The position numbers and the translations under genes are program-made. A stretch of DNA of 64,000 bases, taken from assembly GCA_019244185.1 (NCBI GenBank), contig JAFATB010000006.1, forward strand, positions 544,001-608,000. Reading direction: 5' to 3'. Shown here in pieces: positions 21,028 through 31,646 of this stretch. The first letter of the stretch is position 1; every line of letters starts with the position of its first letter. This DNA is from Acidobacteriota bacterium (lineage in GTDB: Bacteria > Acidobacteriota > Thermoanaerobaculia > Gp7-AA8). The notes under the pieces were generated by a model. The model was not told where the DNA came from. It did no database searches and saw only the letters and a list, made by a program, of their open reading frames with translations.

Positions 21028-22153
21028 GCCGCGCCGGCCCGACCCCGACGAGCTGCTGCGTCTCGCCGGCACGAGTCGCGATGGGCGCGGGCGCCTCGCC
21101 GTGTACCTCGGCATGGCCGCGGGTGTCGGCAAGACCGTGCGCATGCTCGACGATGCGCACGCCGCGCGCCGCGCCGGCATCGACGTCGTGCTCGGCTTCG
21201 TCGAAACGCACGGCCGCATCGAGACCGCGCAACGCATCGGCGAGCTCGAACAGATCGCGCGCCGGACCGTCGTGCATCGCGGCGTGACCATCGACGAAAT
21301 GGATGTCGACGCGATCCTCGCGCGGCACGCCGATCTCGTCGTCGTCGACGAGCTGCCGCATACGAACGCGCCGGCGTCGCGCAACGAAAAGCGCTGGCAG
21401 GACGTCGAGGAGATCCTCGCCAGCGGCGCGTCGGTGATGACCGCGCTCAACGTGCAGCATCTCGAAGGCGTGCAGGACGTCGTCCGCTCCGCCACCGGCA
21501 TCGACATCCGCGAGCGCGTTCCGGATCGCATCCTTCGCGACGCGCACTCCGTCGTGCTCGTCGACATCCCGGTGCCGGAACTGCTCGAGCGACTGCGCGC
21601 GGGAAAGATCTATCCGCCGGAGCAGGCCGCGCGCGCGCTCGGCAACTTCTTTCGCGCGGAGCTGCTCACGCGTTTGCGCGAGCTCGCGCTGCTGCAGACG
21701 GCGACGTTCAGCGGCGCCGCGCAGAACGGCGACGTCACGAGCGAAGTGCGGCTGGCGGTCGCGGTGCCGTTCGATCCCGAGATCGCGCGTCCGCTGCTCT
21801 TGCGCGCGTCGCGGATCGCGGGACGGATGAACACGCGCTGGTTCGCGCTGTACGTGCGGCAGGAGCGCGAACATCCGCGGAACATCACCGCCGAGGAGCA
21901 TCGGAAGCTCAGCGAGAACGTGCAGCTCGCGATCGCGCTCGGCGCGACCGTCGTCACGCGCGAATCGGAAGACATCGCCGGCGCGATCTGCGCGTTCGCG
22001 GCGGAAGCGCGCATCAACCTGCTCGTCGTCGGCAAGCCGACGCGCCCCGGCTTCTTCAGCCGCTTCGTGCCGAGCATCGTGCACAAGCTGCTCGACCGCG
22101 GCGGCGGCTTCGATCTGGTGATCGTCGACACCGCCCGCGCCGAGCGACCTTAA
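21011..22153 (+). CDS. kdpD: Stand-alone KdpD N-terminal domain + USP domain (no TM or kinase)
   Basis: [47 protein letters not shown]; C-terminal USP-like region. Confidence 0.9.
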   Translation: MARASEPRRPDPDELLRLAGTSRDGRGRLAVYLGMAAGVGKTVRMLDDAHAARRAGIDVVLGFVETHGRIETAQRIGELEQIARRTVVHRGVTIDEMDVDAILARHADLVVVDELPHTNAPASRNEKRWQDVEEILASGASVMTALNVQHLEGVQDVVRSATGIDIRERVPDRILRDAHSVVLVDIPVPELLERLRAGKIYPPEQAARALGNFFRAELLTRLRELALLQTATFSGAAQNGDVTSEVRLAVAVPFDPEIARPLLLRASRIAGRMNTRWFALYVRQEREHPRNITAEEHRKLSENVQLAIALGATVVTRESEDIAGAICAFAAEARINLLVVGKPTRPGFFSRFVPSIVHKLLDRGGGFDLVIVDTARAERP

Positions 22154-22206
22154 GAAACCATTAAGATCCATCGTATCAACGACTTCCGGCGTTAGACTCG
22201 AAGTCG

Positions 22207-24225
22207 ATGTCGAGCGCACAGAGACACGAAGAACCCTCGGATTCCCTCCTTCCCGGCGAGTCGTTCGCCGACCGCGTGCAGCGCAGGATTCTCGGCGAAC
22301 GGCGCGACCTCACCGATCCGCACGCGCTGCACAAGATCTCGCTGATCGCGTTTCTGGCGTGGGTCGGCCTCGGCGCCGACGGGCTCTCCTCGTCCGCGTA
22401 CGGTCCGGAAGAAGCGTTCCGCGCGCTCGGCGAACATCACTACCTCGCGCTCGGCCTGGCGCTGGCCACCGGCATCACGGTGCTCATTCTCTCCGCGTCG
22501 TACTCGAGCATCATCGAACAGTTCCCGACCGGCGGCGGCGGCTACGTCGTCGCGTCGCGCTTGCTCGGGCCGCGCATCGGCGTCATTTCCGGTTGCGCGC
22601 TCGTCGTCGACTACATCCTCACGATCACGGTCTCGATCGCGTCGGGCGGCAACGCCATCTTCAGCTTTCTGCCGGCGTCGTGGCACGCGTGGAAGATGGC
22701 GATCGAAGTCGCGGCGATCGTGCTGCTCATCGCGCTCAATCTGCGCGGCGTGAAAGAGTCGGTGAAAGTGCTGACGCCGATCTTTCTCGTGTTCCTGGCG
22801 ACGCACGCGCTGCTCATCGGCTGGGCGATCTTCACGCACGCGGGCGCGATCCCGGAAGTCTCGCATCGCTTGTCGACGGAGTACGCGGGCGGACTGGCGA
22901 CGCTCGGCGCGGGCGGCATGCTGCTGCTGTTCCTGCGCGCGTACTCGCTCGGCGGCGGCACGTACACCGGCATCGAGGCGGTGTCGAACGGCCTTCAGAT
23001 CATGCGCGAGCCGCGCGTGCACACCGGAAAAAAGACGATGGTCTACATGGCCGTCTCGCTCGCGCTGACCGCGTCCGGAATCCTCATCGCGTATCTGCTG
23101 CTGCAGACGCGGCCGCTCGAAGGCAAGACCATGAACGCGGTGCTCTCCGAGACCGCGTTCGGCGCGTGGCACCTCGGCGCATTACCGGTCGGCTACTGGC
23201 TCGTGCTCGTGACGCTGATCTCCGAGGGGTTGCTGCTCTTCGTCGCGGCGCAGGCAGGCTTCATCGACGGACCGCGCGTCATGGCCAACATGGCCGTCGA
23301 CTCGTTCTTCCCGCACCGTTTCGCCGCGCTGTCGGAACAGCTGTCGATGCACAACGGCGTGATGCTGATGGGCGGCGCGGCGCTGGCGATGCTCTTCTAC
23401 ACGAAGGGCAACATCCACGTGCTCGTGGTGATGTACTCGATCAACGTCTTCCTGACGTTCACGCTCTCGCAGCTCGGCATGTGGCGCTTCTGGTGGCCGC
23501 GCCGCGGCGATGGTCAACGTGCGTACCACATCTTCATTCACGGTCTGGCGCTGGCGATGTGCGCGGCCATTCTGGTCGTCACGATCTTCGAGAAATTCGG
23601 CCACGGCGGCTGGGTCACGGCGGTCATCACCGCGCTCTTCGTGCTGCTCTGCCTGCGCGTGCGCAGGCACTACGACTCGATCCGCGCCGGCCTGCGCCAG
23701 CTCGACGACATCCTCGGCAGCATTCCGACGAGCGGCACGCCGAACGACCAGCCGCTCGCGCCGAACGCGCCGACCGCGGTGATCCTCGTCAGCGGCTTCA
23801 ACGGCCTCGGCGTGCACACGATCCTCTCGACGCTGCGCTTCTTCCCCGGCCTGTACAAGCAGTTCATCTTCGTCTCGATCGCCGTCGTCGACTCGGGCCA
23901 CTTCAAAGGCCGCGAAGAGATCGAAGCGCTGCAGCGCGAGACGGACGAGCAGGTGCAGCGCTACGTCAGTCTCACGCGGCGCCTCGGCTTCCCCGCCGAA
24001 GGCGTGACCGACATCGGCACCGAGGTCGTGGCGGAGGCGACGATCGTGTGCGAGCGCGTCGCGCGCGACTATCCGAAAGCGACGATCATCTCGGGCAAGC
24101 TCGTCTTCCGGCAGGAGCGGATGTTCAACCGCCTGCTCCACAACGAAACGCCGACGCTCATTCAGCGCCGCCTGCAATGGCTCGGCGTGCCGATGGTCGT
24201 GCTGCCGGTGCGCGCGAGCGTCTGA
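22207..24225 (+). CDS. APC-family permease, KimA-like potassium transporter
   Basis: DGLSSSAYGPEE, FPTGGGGYVVA, VDYILT, LNLRGVKES, TGIEAVSNG, C-terminal LLHNET. Confidence 0.85.
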   Translation: MSSAQRHEEPSDSLLPGESFADRVQRRILGERRDLTDPHALHKISLIAFLAWVGLGADGLSSSAYGPEEAFRALGEHHYLALGLALATGITVLILSASYSSIIEQFPTGGGGYVVASRLLGPRIGVISGCALVVDYILTITVSIASGGNAIFSFLPASWHAWKMAIEVAAIVLLIALNLRGVKESVKVLTPIFLVFLATHALLIGWAIFTHAGAIPEVSHRLSTEYAGGLATLGAGGMLLLFLRAYSLGGGTYTGIEAVSNGLQIMREPRVHTGKKTMVYMAVSLALTASGILIAYLLLQTRPLEGKTMNAVLSETAFGAWHLGALPVGYWLVLVTLISEGLLLFVAAQAGFIDGPRVMANMAVDSFFPHRFAALSEQLSMHNGVMLMGGAALAMLFYTKGNIHVLVVMYSINVFLTFTLSQLGMWRFWWPRRGDGQRAYHIFIHGLALAMCAAILVVTIFEKFGHGGWVTAVITALFVLLCLRVRRHYDSIRAGLRQLDDILGSIPTSGTPNDQPLAPNAPTAVILVSGFNGLGVHTILSTLRFFPGLYKQFIFVSIAVVDSGHFKGREEIEALQRETDEQVQRYVSLTRRLGFPAEGVTDIGTEVVAEATIVCERVARDYPKATIISGKLVFRQERMFNRLLHNETPTLIQRRLQWLGVPMVVLPVRASV

Positions 24226-24242
24226 CGCGCGTCACGGCGTTC

Positions 24243-25328
24243 TCATGGCGTCAGCAGGGTCACCTGCTGCGTGTCGTTGTTCGTGACGGAGACATACGCC
24301 CAGAACGGCGCGTCGCCGTCGAGCGGCTCGATCTGCACCTGCACGTGTGGCGTGCTCGCCGGAACGACCGGGAGCGCGAGCGTCGCGAACGCCACGTCCC
24401 ACACCGAGCCTTCAAAGAGCGGATCGAGCTCCGTCGTCACCGGCAGCTCGAGCAGCGTGTCGACCGGAAGCGGCGTCGTGTATCCCTCGAACGCCGGCAC
24501 GAAGACGTCGGCCTGGGTCAGCACGCGCACGCGGTACGGATGCGCGTGGCCGTCGACGCTGAACACGCGCACGTTCGCGCGGAAGCGGCTGCCCATGGGC
24601 ACGCCGGGAATCGTGGTCGCGCCGTGGCGGAAGTCCGCCTCGCGCACCGCCGGCACGCGCGTGCCGAACGTCTGGTCGTCGCGCGAGGCATCGTAGAGGC
24701 GCGTCTCGAACGTGAGCTGCGACGCGAGCGCCTTCGGCACCATGACGCGCACGGGAGCGTGCGCGTTCGCGAGCTCGAGATTGACGGTCGCGTGCGGCGC
24801 CACCGTGAGGAACTCGACGAACGACGGCGAGATCAGCACGTTGTACGGGAACAGCGGCAGATCGAAGCGCATCGACCACGCCGAGTCGTTGCGGATGAAG
24901 CTCTCCGCGCGCCACACCGAGCCGTTCGCGCCGAACACGTCCTCGCCTCCGCCGGCATGCGGAAGCAGGATCGTCTCGAAGTCGGAAGGAGCGACGAACA
25001 GCATCGCGTCTTCGACCGCGGCATTGCCCTGCGCGGTGTGCACTTCGAGATTCGCAACGCCCGGCGGCATGTCGTCCGGAACGCTGATGAGGAGCTTCGA
25101 TCCGTTCCCGAAGAAGGGCACCGCTTCGCCGCCGACCAGCACCGAAACACCCGGACAGTTCGTCCCGCAGATGCCGAGATCGACGCCGGTCAGGACGACG
25201 CGCGCGTAACGGTTCCCGCCCTGCGTGGCGAAGACCGCCGGGTCGATCGCCTGAATCGCCGGCGCGGCGAATGCCGCGGTCGAGAGCGCGAATGCGAGAG
25301 CGAGAGAGAAGCCAAACATGCGGCGCAT
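24243..25328 (-). CDS. Secreted protein with IPT/TIG-like N-terminal domain
   Basis: Signal peptide; PAIQAIDP...GG IPT-like start; GANGSVW and WAYVSVTNNDTQQVT motifs. Confidence 0.75.
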   Translation of the reverse strand: MRRMFGFSLALAFALSTAAFAAPAIQAIDPAVFATQGGNRYARVVLTGVDLGICGTNCPGVSVLVGGEAVPFFGNGSKLLISVPDDMPPGVANLEVHTAQGNAAVEDAMLFVAPSDFETILLPHAGGGEDVFGANGSVWRAESFIRNDSAWSMRFDLPLFPYNVLISPSFVEFLTVAPHATVNLELANAHAPVRVMVPKALASQLTFETRLYDASRDDQTFGTRVPAVREADFRHGATTIPGVPMGSRFRANVRVFSVDGHAHPYRVRVLTQADVFVPAFEGYTTPLPVDTLLELPVTTELDPLFEGSVWDVAFATLALPVVPASTPHVQVQIEPLDGDAPFWAYVSVTNNDTQQVTLLTP

Positions 25329-25380
25329 GTGCGCATTTTATGGCGTTACAGCATGACCGTCAAACGGCGCTTCCGCGCGA

Positions 25381-25785
25381 TCACGATTCAGAGTCGGACA
25401 CGGTCTGAATGTCCGGCCACTGCGCGCGCGCACTGCAGTACGCGGCGACCGTCGCCTGCAGCTCCGCGAGATGAAACGGCTTGAGGAGAATGGCGTCGGC
25501 ATCGGGCGCATACCGCGCCGCATTCGGCGTGGTGGTGAGGATGATCTTCGGACGCTGCGGCGGCGGCGCGTGGCGGAACTCGCGCAGCAGCGCGTCGAGC
25601 TCCGGCGTATCGCTCGACACGATCACCGCGGCGTAACCGCCGAACCGCAGCGCATCGGCGGCTTCGAGCGCGTCGCTGCTCGCGGTGACCTGGAGCGCGC
25701 AGCGCCGCAGGACGGCGACGAGCAACGCGCGGATCGAAGGATCGGGATCGAGGACGAGGACGTGGGCGAGCGATCGGCTGGTCAT
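25381..25785 (-). CDS. Degenerate single-domain response regulator
   Basis: VLVLDPDPSIRALL...LLKPF; the phosphoacceptor position reads AVIVS (no Asp). Confidence 0.7.
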   Translation of the reverse strand: MTSRSLAHVLVLDPDPSIRALLVAVLRRCALQVTASSDALEAADALRFGGYAAVIVSSDTPELDALLREFRHAPPPQRPKIILTTTPNAARYAPDADAILLKPFHLAELQATVAAYCSARAQWPDIQTVSDSES

Positions 25786-25906
25786 GAGCGCGTTCCGCGG
25801 TCGAGCGGGACGATCAAGATAGGGTCGCCGGTGCAAACGCAATATCGGGAGAGATGCGCAGCGGTCGGGTGAAACCCCTACACGAGCTGGAGCGTGCGAT
25901 GCGCCG

Positions 25907-26917
25907 TCACGCCCCGGCGCCGCTCGCTTTCGCGTGTTCGTCGAACACCGCCTGCCGCACGATGTCGGCGCGGCGTTGCGTCTCCTCGGCGAACTCGAGC
26001 AGCGCACGCGCGTCTCCGGCGTGCGCCTCGCGCGCGTGCGCGGCCGCCTGCCGCATCAGCATGGCGCGCTCCTCGAGCGCGCGAATGGCGCTCCACAGCG
26101 AGTCTTCGATCACGTCGTCCATGTCCGCGAGGAGACTCTCGAGCGTGTAGGCGTGACCCGTGTGGCAGCGGAAGCGCAGCGGATTCGCGTCTTTCATCTG
26201 CAGCAGAACGCCGTGACACTCCGGGCAGGCGTACATCGACGGCGTGCCGAGCTTCTGCACGCCCACCGTGGTCGCTTTGTCTTCCTTCGCGATCTTCACC
26301 TCGATCTCGATGTCCTCGGGCACAGCCAGTTCTCCTTCCCGCGCGTCGGCGCGCGTCGCGGCGAGCCGCACGAGCAGCGGTGCGAGCTCCGCGACGCGGA
26401 CCTTGTAGTCGACGCGCACGTAGGTCAGCGCGCTCAACGGCATCGACGGCGCGAGCGCTTCGTCGGGATCCTGAACGACCGTCGTGCCGCCGAGCTGCTT
26501 GATCGTCCACAAACCGTTCACTCCGTCGTCGAGCCCGCCGCTGAGAATCACGCCCACCACGCGCGGTCCATACGTCTGGGCGGCAGAGCGGAACAAAGGA
26601 TCGATGGCAGGGCGGAAACGGTTCTCGCGCGGGCCGCGGGTGAGCTCGATCTTTCCGGGAGCGACCAGCATGTGATGGTCCGCGCGCGCGACGTAGATCC
26701 ATCCCGGCTCGATGCGCTCACCGTGCACCGCGTACTTCACCGGCAGCGGACCGGCCTCAGCGAAGATGTGCGCGAGCACGCCGGGCGAGTCGGGCGAAGT
26801 GTGCAGGACGACGAAGATGGATGCCGGAAAGTCGGCCGGCAGGCTGCCGAACACGCTCCGCAGCGCCTCGATGCCACCGGCGGAAGCGCCGATGACGATG
26901 ATGTCTTTCCCGGGCAT
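25907..26917 (-). CDS. Stand-alone CheB-type methylesterase with C-terminal Cys/His domain
   Basis: IGASAGG, VLH, RFRPAIDPLF, LSGGLDDG; C-terminal CPECHG...FRCHTGH. Confidence 0.88.
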   Translation of the reverse strand: MPGKDIIVIGASAGGIEALRSVFGSLPADFPASIFVVLHTSPDSPGVLAHIFAEAGPLPVKYAVHGERIEPGWIYVARADHHMLVAPGKIELTRGPRENRFRPAIDPLFRSAAQTYGPRVVGVILSGGLDDGVNGLWTIKQLGGTTVVQDPDEALAPSMPLSALTYVRVDYKVRVAELAPLLVRLAATRADAREGELAVPEDIEIEVKIAKEDKATTVGVQKLGTPSMYACPECHGVLLQMKDANPLRFRCHTGHAYTLESLLADMDDVIEDSLWSAIRALEERAMLMRQAAAHAREAHAGDARALLEFAEETQRRADIVRQAVFDEHAKASGAGA

Positions 26918-26989
26918 GGGGAACGGCCCCGCACGATCGGTACCACCGTGGCGGCCAACATGCATGATCCGCGCTGCTACCATCGCGTC

Positions 26990-29900
26990 ATGAGCGAACG
27001 CGAGACGATCGGAACCGAGCCGGGCGAGGACACCGCGCAGAAGAAGTTTCTCGTCGTCGGCGTCGGCGGTTCGGCCGGCGCGATCGCATCGTTCCGCGAG
27101 TTCTTCCGCCACGTCCCGTCGACGAGCGGGATGGCCTACGTCGTCATCCTGCATCTCTCTCCTGAATACGACAGCCATCTCGCCGAGGTGCTGCAGGCGG
27201 TGGCGAGGATCCCCGTGGTGCAGGTGCGCACGTCGGTGCACGTCGAGCCCGATCGCGTGTACGTGATTCCGCCGAACAAGAGTCTGGAGATGAACGACGG
27301 CCAGCTGATCGTGTCGAGCGTGACCAGCTACGAGGAGCGGCGCGCGCCGATCGACATCTTCTTCCGCACGCTGGCCGACACGCACGACTCGAGCGCGGTG
27401 TGCGTGGTGATGTCCGGCAGCGGCTCGGACGGCTCGATGGGGCTGCGGCGCGTCAAGGAGTACAACGGTCTCGTGCTGGTGCAGGACCCCGCCGAAGCGG
27501 CCTTCGGCGAGATGCCGCGCAACTGCATCGCCACCGGCCTCGTCGACTTCGTCGTCCCGGTCGCGGACATGCCGCAGCGCATCCTGCACTACCGCGATCA
27601 GCTGCGCACGCTGAGCGTGCCGGACGACACGAAAGAACGCCCCGAGGACGACGAGCAGGCGCTGACGGAGGTCTTCACGTTGCTGCGTCTGCGGACCGGC
27701 CACGACTTCACGAACTACAAGCGGCCGACGGTGCTGCGGCGCATCGAACGCCGCATGGCCGTGCGCGACGTCGACACGCTGCCGGCATACGCCGCGTTCC
27801 TGCGCGAGCGGCACGAGGAAGCGCATGCGCTGCTCGCCGAGCTGCTCATCAGCGTCACGAACTTCTTCCGCGACCGCGAGGTGTGGGAGAAGGTCGAGCT
27901 GAACATCCTCCCGAAGCTGCTGGCGTCGAAGCGCGCCGAAGACCATCTGCGCGTGTGGGTGCCCGGCTGTGCGACCGGCGAAGAGGCGTACTCGATCGCC
28001 ATGCTGCTGGCGGAGAAAGCGCCGCCGAATCTGCAGATCTTCGCCACCGATCTCGACGAGCACGCCATCGCCCGCGCGCGCGACGGCTGGTACAGCGACA
28101 CCGAGGTCGCGGACGTGCCGCCCGAGCGCCTGCGCCGCTTCTTCCTCAAAGACGGCGCCGGCTATCGCGTGCGGCGCGAGCTGCGCGAGATCGTGCTCTT
28201 CGCGCACCACAACCTGATCAAGGACCCGCCGTTCTCGCACCTCGATTTCATCTCGTGCCGCAACCTCCTCATCTATCTCAATCGCGGCGCGCAGCAGCGT
28301 GCGCTCGAGGTGATGCACTTTGCGCTCGAGCCGGACGGCTATCTGCTCCTCGGCACCGCCGAGGCGGTCGACGGCTCGCCGTCGCTCTATTCGCTCGTCG
28401 ACAAGGAAGCGCACGTCTATCGCGCGCGTGCGGTCGAGCGGGCCATGCTGCTCCCGCCGCTCCCGCGCGCGATCGCGCCCATCGATACGCCCGCGCTGCT
28501 CGCCACGGACGTCACGCCGCCGGAGCTCAAGGCGCGGGACCGCTTCGCGCCGATCGATCTGCATCACCGGCTGCTCGAGGAGTACGCCGCGCCGTCGGTC
28601 GTCGTCGACGACCAGTACAACATCGTGCATCTCTCCGAGCGTGCCGGCCGCTATCTGCAGTTCCCGCGCGGCGAGGCGACGTCGAACGTGTTGAACGTCG
28701 TCCGCCAGGAGCTGCGCATCGATCTGCGCTCCGCGCTCTTCCAGGCCGCGCAGAAGCGAACCATCGTCGCGGCGCGCAACGTCGTGGCGCATACCAGCGA
28801 CCGCGAGGAGCGCATCGACCTCGTCGTTCGTCCCGCGCTCACCGCCGACGATCCGGCGCGCGGCTTCTTTCTCATTCTCTTCGAGGAAGCGAACCGCGGG
28901 ACGGAGATGCCGGCGCACGAGGCCACGGCCGTCGAGCCGGGCACGCGCCAGCTCGATGAAGAGCTGCTGCGCGTGAAGGCGCAGATGCGCGCCACCATCG
29001 AGCAGTACGAGGTGCAGGCGGAAGAGGCACGCGCCGCGAACGAAGAGCTGCAGGCGATGAACGAGGAGCTGCGCTCGACCGCCGAGGAGCTCGAGACCAG
29101 CCAGGAGGAACTGCAGTCCGTCAACGAAGAGCTGCAGACGGTCAATCAGGAGCTGAAGGTCAAGATCGACGAGATCTCGCACGCCAGCGACGACCTGCGC
29201 AATCTCATGAGCTCGACCGACATCGGCACGATCTTCGTCGATCGTGCGCTGCGCGTGAAGCTCTTCACGCCGGGCGCGCGAGAGGTCTTCAACCTCATCT
29301 CCGCCGACGTCGGCCGTCCGCTCTCCGACATCACGCACAAGCTCGACATTGACGGGCTGGGCGACGCGATGGCGCGCGTGCTCGAACGCCTGCAGACCAT
29401 CGAGCAGGAAGTGCAGACGCGCGACGGCGCCTGGTACCTGATGCGCCTCCTTCCGTACCGCACATCCGAGGACCGCATCGACGGCGTGGTGCTCACCTTC
29501 CTCGACATCACCGAACGGCACAAGGCCGAAGCCGCGCTACGCCGCACCGAAGAGCGCTATCGCACGCTGTTCGTCTCGATGGACGAAGGCTACGCCGTCG
29601 TCGAGGTGATGGCGAACGCCGACGGCGCGTGGAGCGACTTCCGCTTCCTCGAGGTCAATCCGGCATTCGAGAAGCAAAGCGGAATGCACAACGCCGCCGG
29701 ACGGACCGCGACGGAGATCCTCGGCACGCCCAATCCGCGCTGGGCGCAGATCTACGGCAAGGTCGCCGAAAGCGGCGAGCCGTCGCGCTTCGAGGAAACG
29801 GAGCCGGTCCTCGGCCGCACGTTCGATCTCTACGCCTTTCGCCTCGGCGACCCGCACAACCATCGCGTGGCCGTGCTCTTCATGGACATCACGCGGCGCA

Positions 29901-31000
29901 AGCGCGATGAAGCGGCGCTGCGCGAATCGCAGGCGCAGTTCCACGCCATCGCCAACGTCGTTCCCGATCTGCTCTGGATGAGCGAGCCGTCCGGCGAGAC
30001 GACCTGGTACAACGACCGCTGGCTCGCGTACACCGGGCAGAGCCGCGAACAGGCGCGAGGCTGGGGCTGGACGGAGGCGATCCATCCCGAGGATCGCGCG
30101 CGCTCGGTCGAGCAGTACGCGCGTGCCGTCGCCGAGGCGCGGCCGCTGCAGCAGGAGCATCGCATCCGCGGCGCATCGGGCGAGTACCGCTGGTTCCTCA
30201 TCAACGCCGCGCCGCTGCGCGATCACCAGGGACGCGTGATCCGCTACTACGCCGCCGCGACCGACCTGCACGCGCAACGCATGGCGCGCGAGGAGCTCGA
30301 GGAGCGCGTCCGCGAGCGAACGCAGGCGCTGCTCGATCTCAGCTTGAACCGCCAGCAACTCCTCGAACGGCTCGTCACGGCGGCCGAGGAAGAGCGGCAG
30401 CGCATCGCGCGCGAGCTGCACGACGAGATGGGCCAGCACATCACCGCGCTGCGTGTCGGGCTCGAGTCGCTGAAGCCGCGCGACGAACGCATCACGGAGC
30501 TGAAAGCGATCATCACGCGCATCGATCAGAGCATCGACCGGCTCACGCTGGAACTGCGTCCGCCGGCGCTCGATCAGCTCGGACTGCACGGCGCGATCTC
30601 TTCGCTGGCGGACGAGTTCTCCGCCGCGAGCGGCATTCGCGTCGCCGTCCACCTCGGCATCGGCGACGGCGACCGCTTCTCCGACGCGATCGAGAGCACG
30701 CTCTACCGCGTCGTGCAGGAGTCGCTCACGAACGTCTGGAAGCACGCCGCGGCGACGACCGTCAGCGTGATTCTCGAGCGCGAGCGCGACATCCTGCGGC
30801 TCATCGTCGAAGACAACGGACGCGGGTTCGACGCGGCGCCTTCCGGTGATGGCGTCGCGCCGCGCGGACGCTTCGGACTGCTCGGCATCCGCGAGCGTCT
30901 GGCGCTCGTGCGCGGCACGCTCGACCTCGAGTCGCAGCCCGGCAGCGGCACGACGATGTTCGCGCGCGTGCCGCTCCCGGAAACGGAGAGCGCGGGATGA
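26990..31000 (+). CDS. CheB-CheR-PAS-HisKA_3 hybrid sensor histidine kinase
   Basis: GGSAGA/ILH/GSDG CheB; ISVTNFFRD, WVPGCATGEEAYS, SCRNLLIY CheR; NEEL coiled coil; PAS domains; RIARELHDEMGQ, DNGRGF, FGLLGIRER. Confidence 0.92.
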   Translation: MSERETIGTEPGEDTAQKKFLVVGVGGSAGAIASFREFFRHVPSTSGMAYVVILHLSPEYDSHLAEVLQAVARIPVVQVRTSVHVEPDRVYVIPPNKSLEMNDGQLIVSSVTSYEERRAPIDIFFRTLADTHDSSAVCVVMSGSGSDGSMGLRRVKEYNGLVLVQDPAEAAFGEMPRNCIATGLVDFVVPVADMPQRILHYRDQLRTLSVPDDTKERPEDDEQALTEVFTLLRLRTGHDFTNYKRPTVLRRIERRMAVRDVDTLPAYAAFLRERHEEAHALLAELLISVTNFFRDREVWEKVELNILPKLLASKRAEDHLRVWVPGCATGEEAYSIAMLLAEKAPPNLQIFATDLDEHAIARARDGWYSDTEVADVPPERLRRFFLKDGAGYRVRRELREIVLFAHHNLIKDPPFSHLDFISCRNLLIYLNRGAQQRALEVMHFALEPDGYLLLGTAEAVDGSPSLYSLVDKEAHVYRARAVERAMLLPPLPRAIAPIDTPALLATDVTPPELKARDRFAPIDLHHRLLEEYAAPSVVVDDQYNIVHLSERAGRYLQFPRGEATSNVLNVVRQELRIDLRSALFQAAQKRTIVAARNVVAHTSDREERIDLVVRPALTADDPARGFFLILFEEANRGTEMPAHEATAVEPGTRQLDEELLRVKAQMRATIEQYEVQAEEARAANEELQAMNEELRSTAEELETSQEELQSVNEELQTVNQELKVKIDEISHASDDLRNLMSSTDIGTIFVDRALRVKLFTPGAREVFNLISADVGRPLSDITHKLDIDGLGDAMARVLERLQTIEQEVQTRDGAWYLMRLLPYRTSEDRIDGVVLTFLDITERHKAEAALRRTEERYRTLFVSMDEGYAVVEVMANADGAWSDFRFLEVNPAFEKQSGMHNAAGRTATEILGTPNPRWAQIYGKVAESGEPSRFEETEPVLGRTFDLYAFRLGDPHNHRVAVLFMDITRRKRDEAALRESQAQFHAIANVVPDLLWMSEPSGETTWYNDRWLAYTGQSREQARGWGWTEAIHPEDRARSVEQYARAVAEARPLQQEHRIRGASGEYRWFLINAAPLRDHQGRVIRYYAAATDLHAQRMAREELEERVRERTQALLDLSLNRQQLLERLVTAAEEERQRIARELHDEMGQHITALRVGLESLKPRDERITELKAIITRIDQSIDRLTLELRPPALDQLGLHGAISSLADEFSAASGIRVAVHLGIGDGDRFSDAIESTLYRVVQESLTNVWKHAAATTVSVILERERDILRLIVEDNGRGFDAAPSGDGVAPRGRFGLLGIRERLALVRGTLDLESQPGSGTTMFARVPLPETESAG

Positions 31001-31644
31001 CGAAGACCCGCGTGTTTCTTCTGGACGACCACGCGGTCCTGCGCCAGGGCTTGCGCCTCTTGATCGATGCGCAGGCGGACATGCAGGTGATCGGCGAGGC
31101 CGCGCGCGGACGCGGCGCGGCGGATGCCGTCACGCGCGCCGGCGGTGCCGACGTCGTCGTGCTCGACCTCTCGCTCCCCGATGCGAGCGGACCGGCCGTG
31201 GCCGCCGAGCTGCGCGCGGCGTTGCCGGAGACGAAGGTCGTCGTGCTCACGCGTCACGCGGAGAAGGCGTACGTCCAACAGGTCCTGCAGAACGGCGCGA
31301 GCGGCTACGTGCTCAAGCAGACCGCCGGCGACGAGCTCGTCTCCGCGATCCGCACCGTGCTCTCCGGCGGCACGTATCTCGACCCGACCGTGGCGGGCAA
31401 GATGTTCGAGTCGGGAACGGCGATCCGCGGTGCGGCGAGCGACGAGCTCACCGCGCGCGAGCGCGAGGTGCTGACGATGGTGGCGTACGGACATACGAAC
31501 AAGGAGATCGCCGCCGTCCTCGGTATCACCGTCAAGACCGTCGAGACGCACAAGGCCAACGGTATGCAGAAGCTCGACATCGGAAGCCGCGCCGATCTCG
31601 TGCGCTACGCGCTGAGCCAGGGCTGGCTCGAGCGGCCGGCCTGA
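30997..31644 (+). CDS. NarL/LuxR-family response regulator
   Basis: LLDDH, VLDLSLP, GYVLK, LTAREREVL...KTVETHK HTH. Confidence 0.92.
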   Translation: MTKTRVFLLDDHAVLRQGLRLLIDAQADMQVIGEAARGRGAADAVTRAGGADVVVLDLSLPDASGPAVAAELRAALPETKVVVLTRHAEKAYVQQVLQNGASGYVLKQTAGDELVSAIRTVLSGGTYLDPTVAGKMFESGTAIRGAASDELTAREREVLTMVAYGHTNKEIAAVLGITVKTVETHKANGMQKLDIGSRADLVRYALSQGWLERPA

Positions 31645-31646
31645 CG

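Noticed and set aside
26918-29521. N-terminal extension making CheB a 1204-aa protein
   Set aside because: It overlaps the CheB-CheR kinase on the other strand; CheB similarity starts at ATG 26917.
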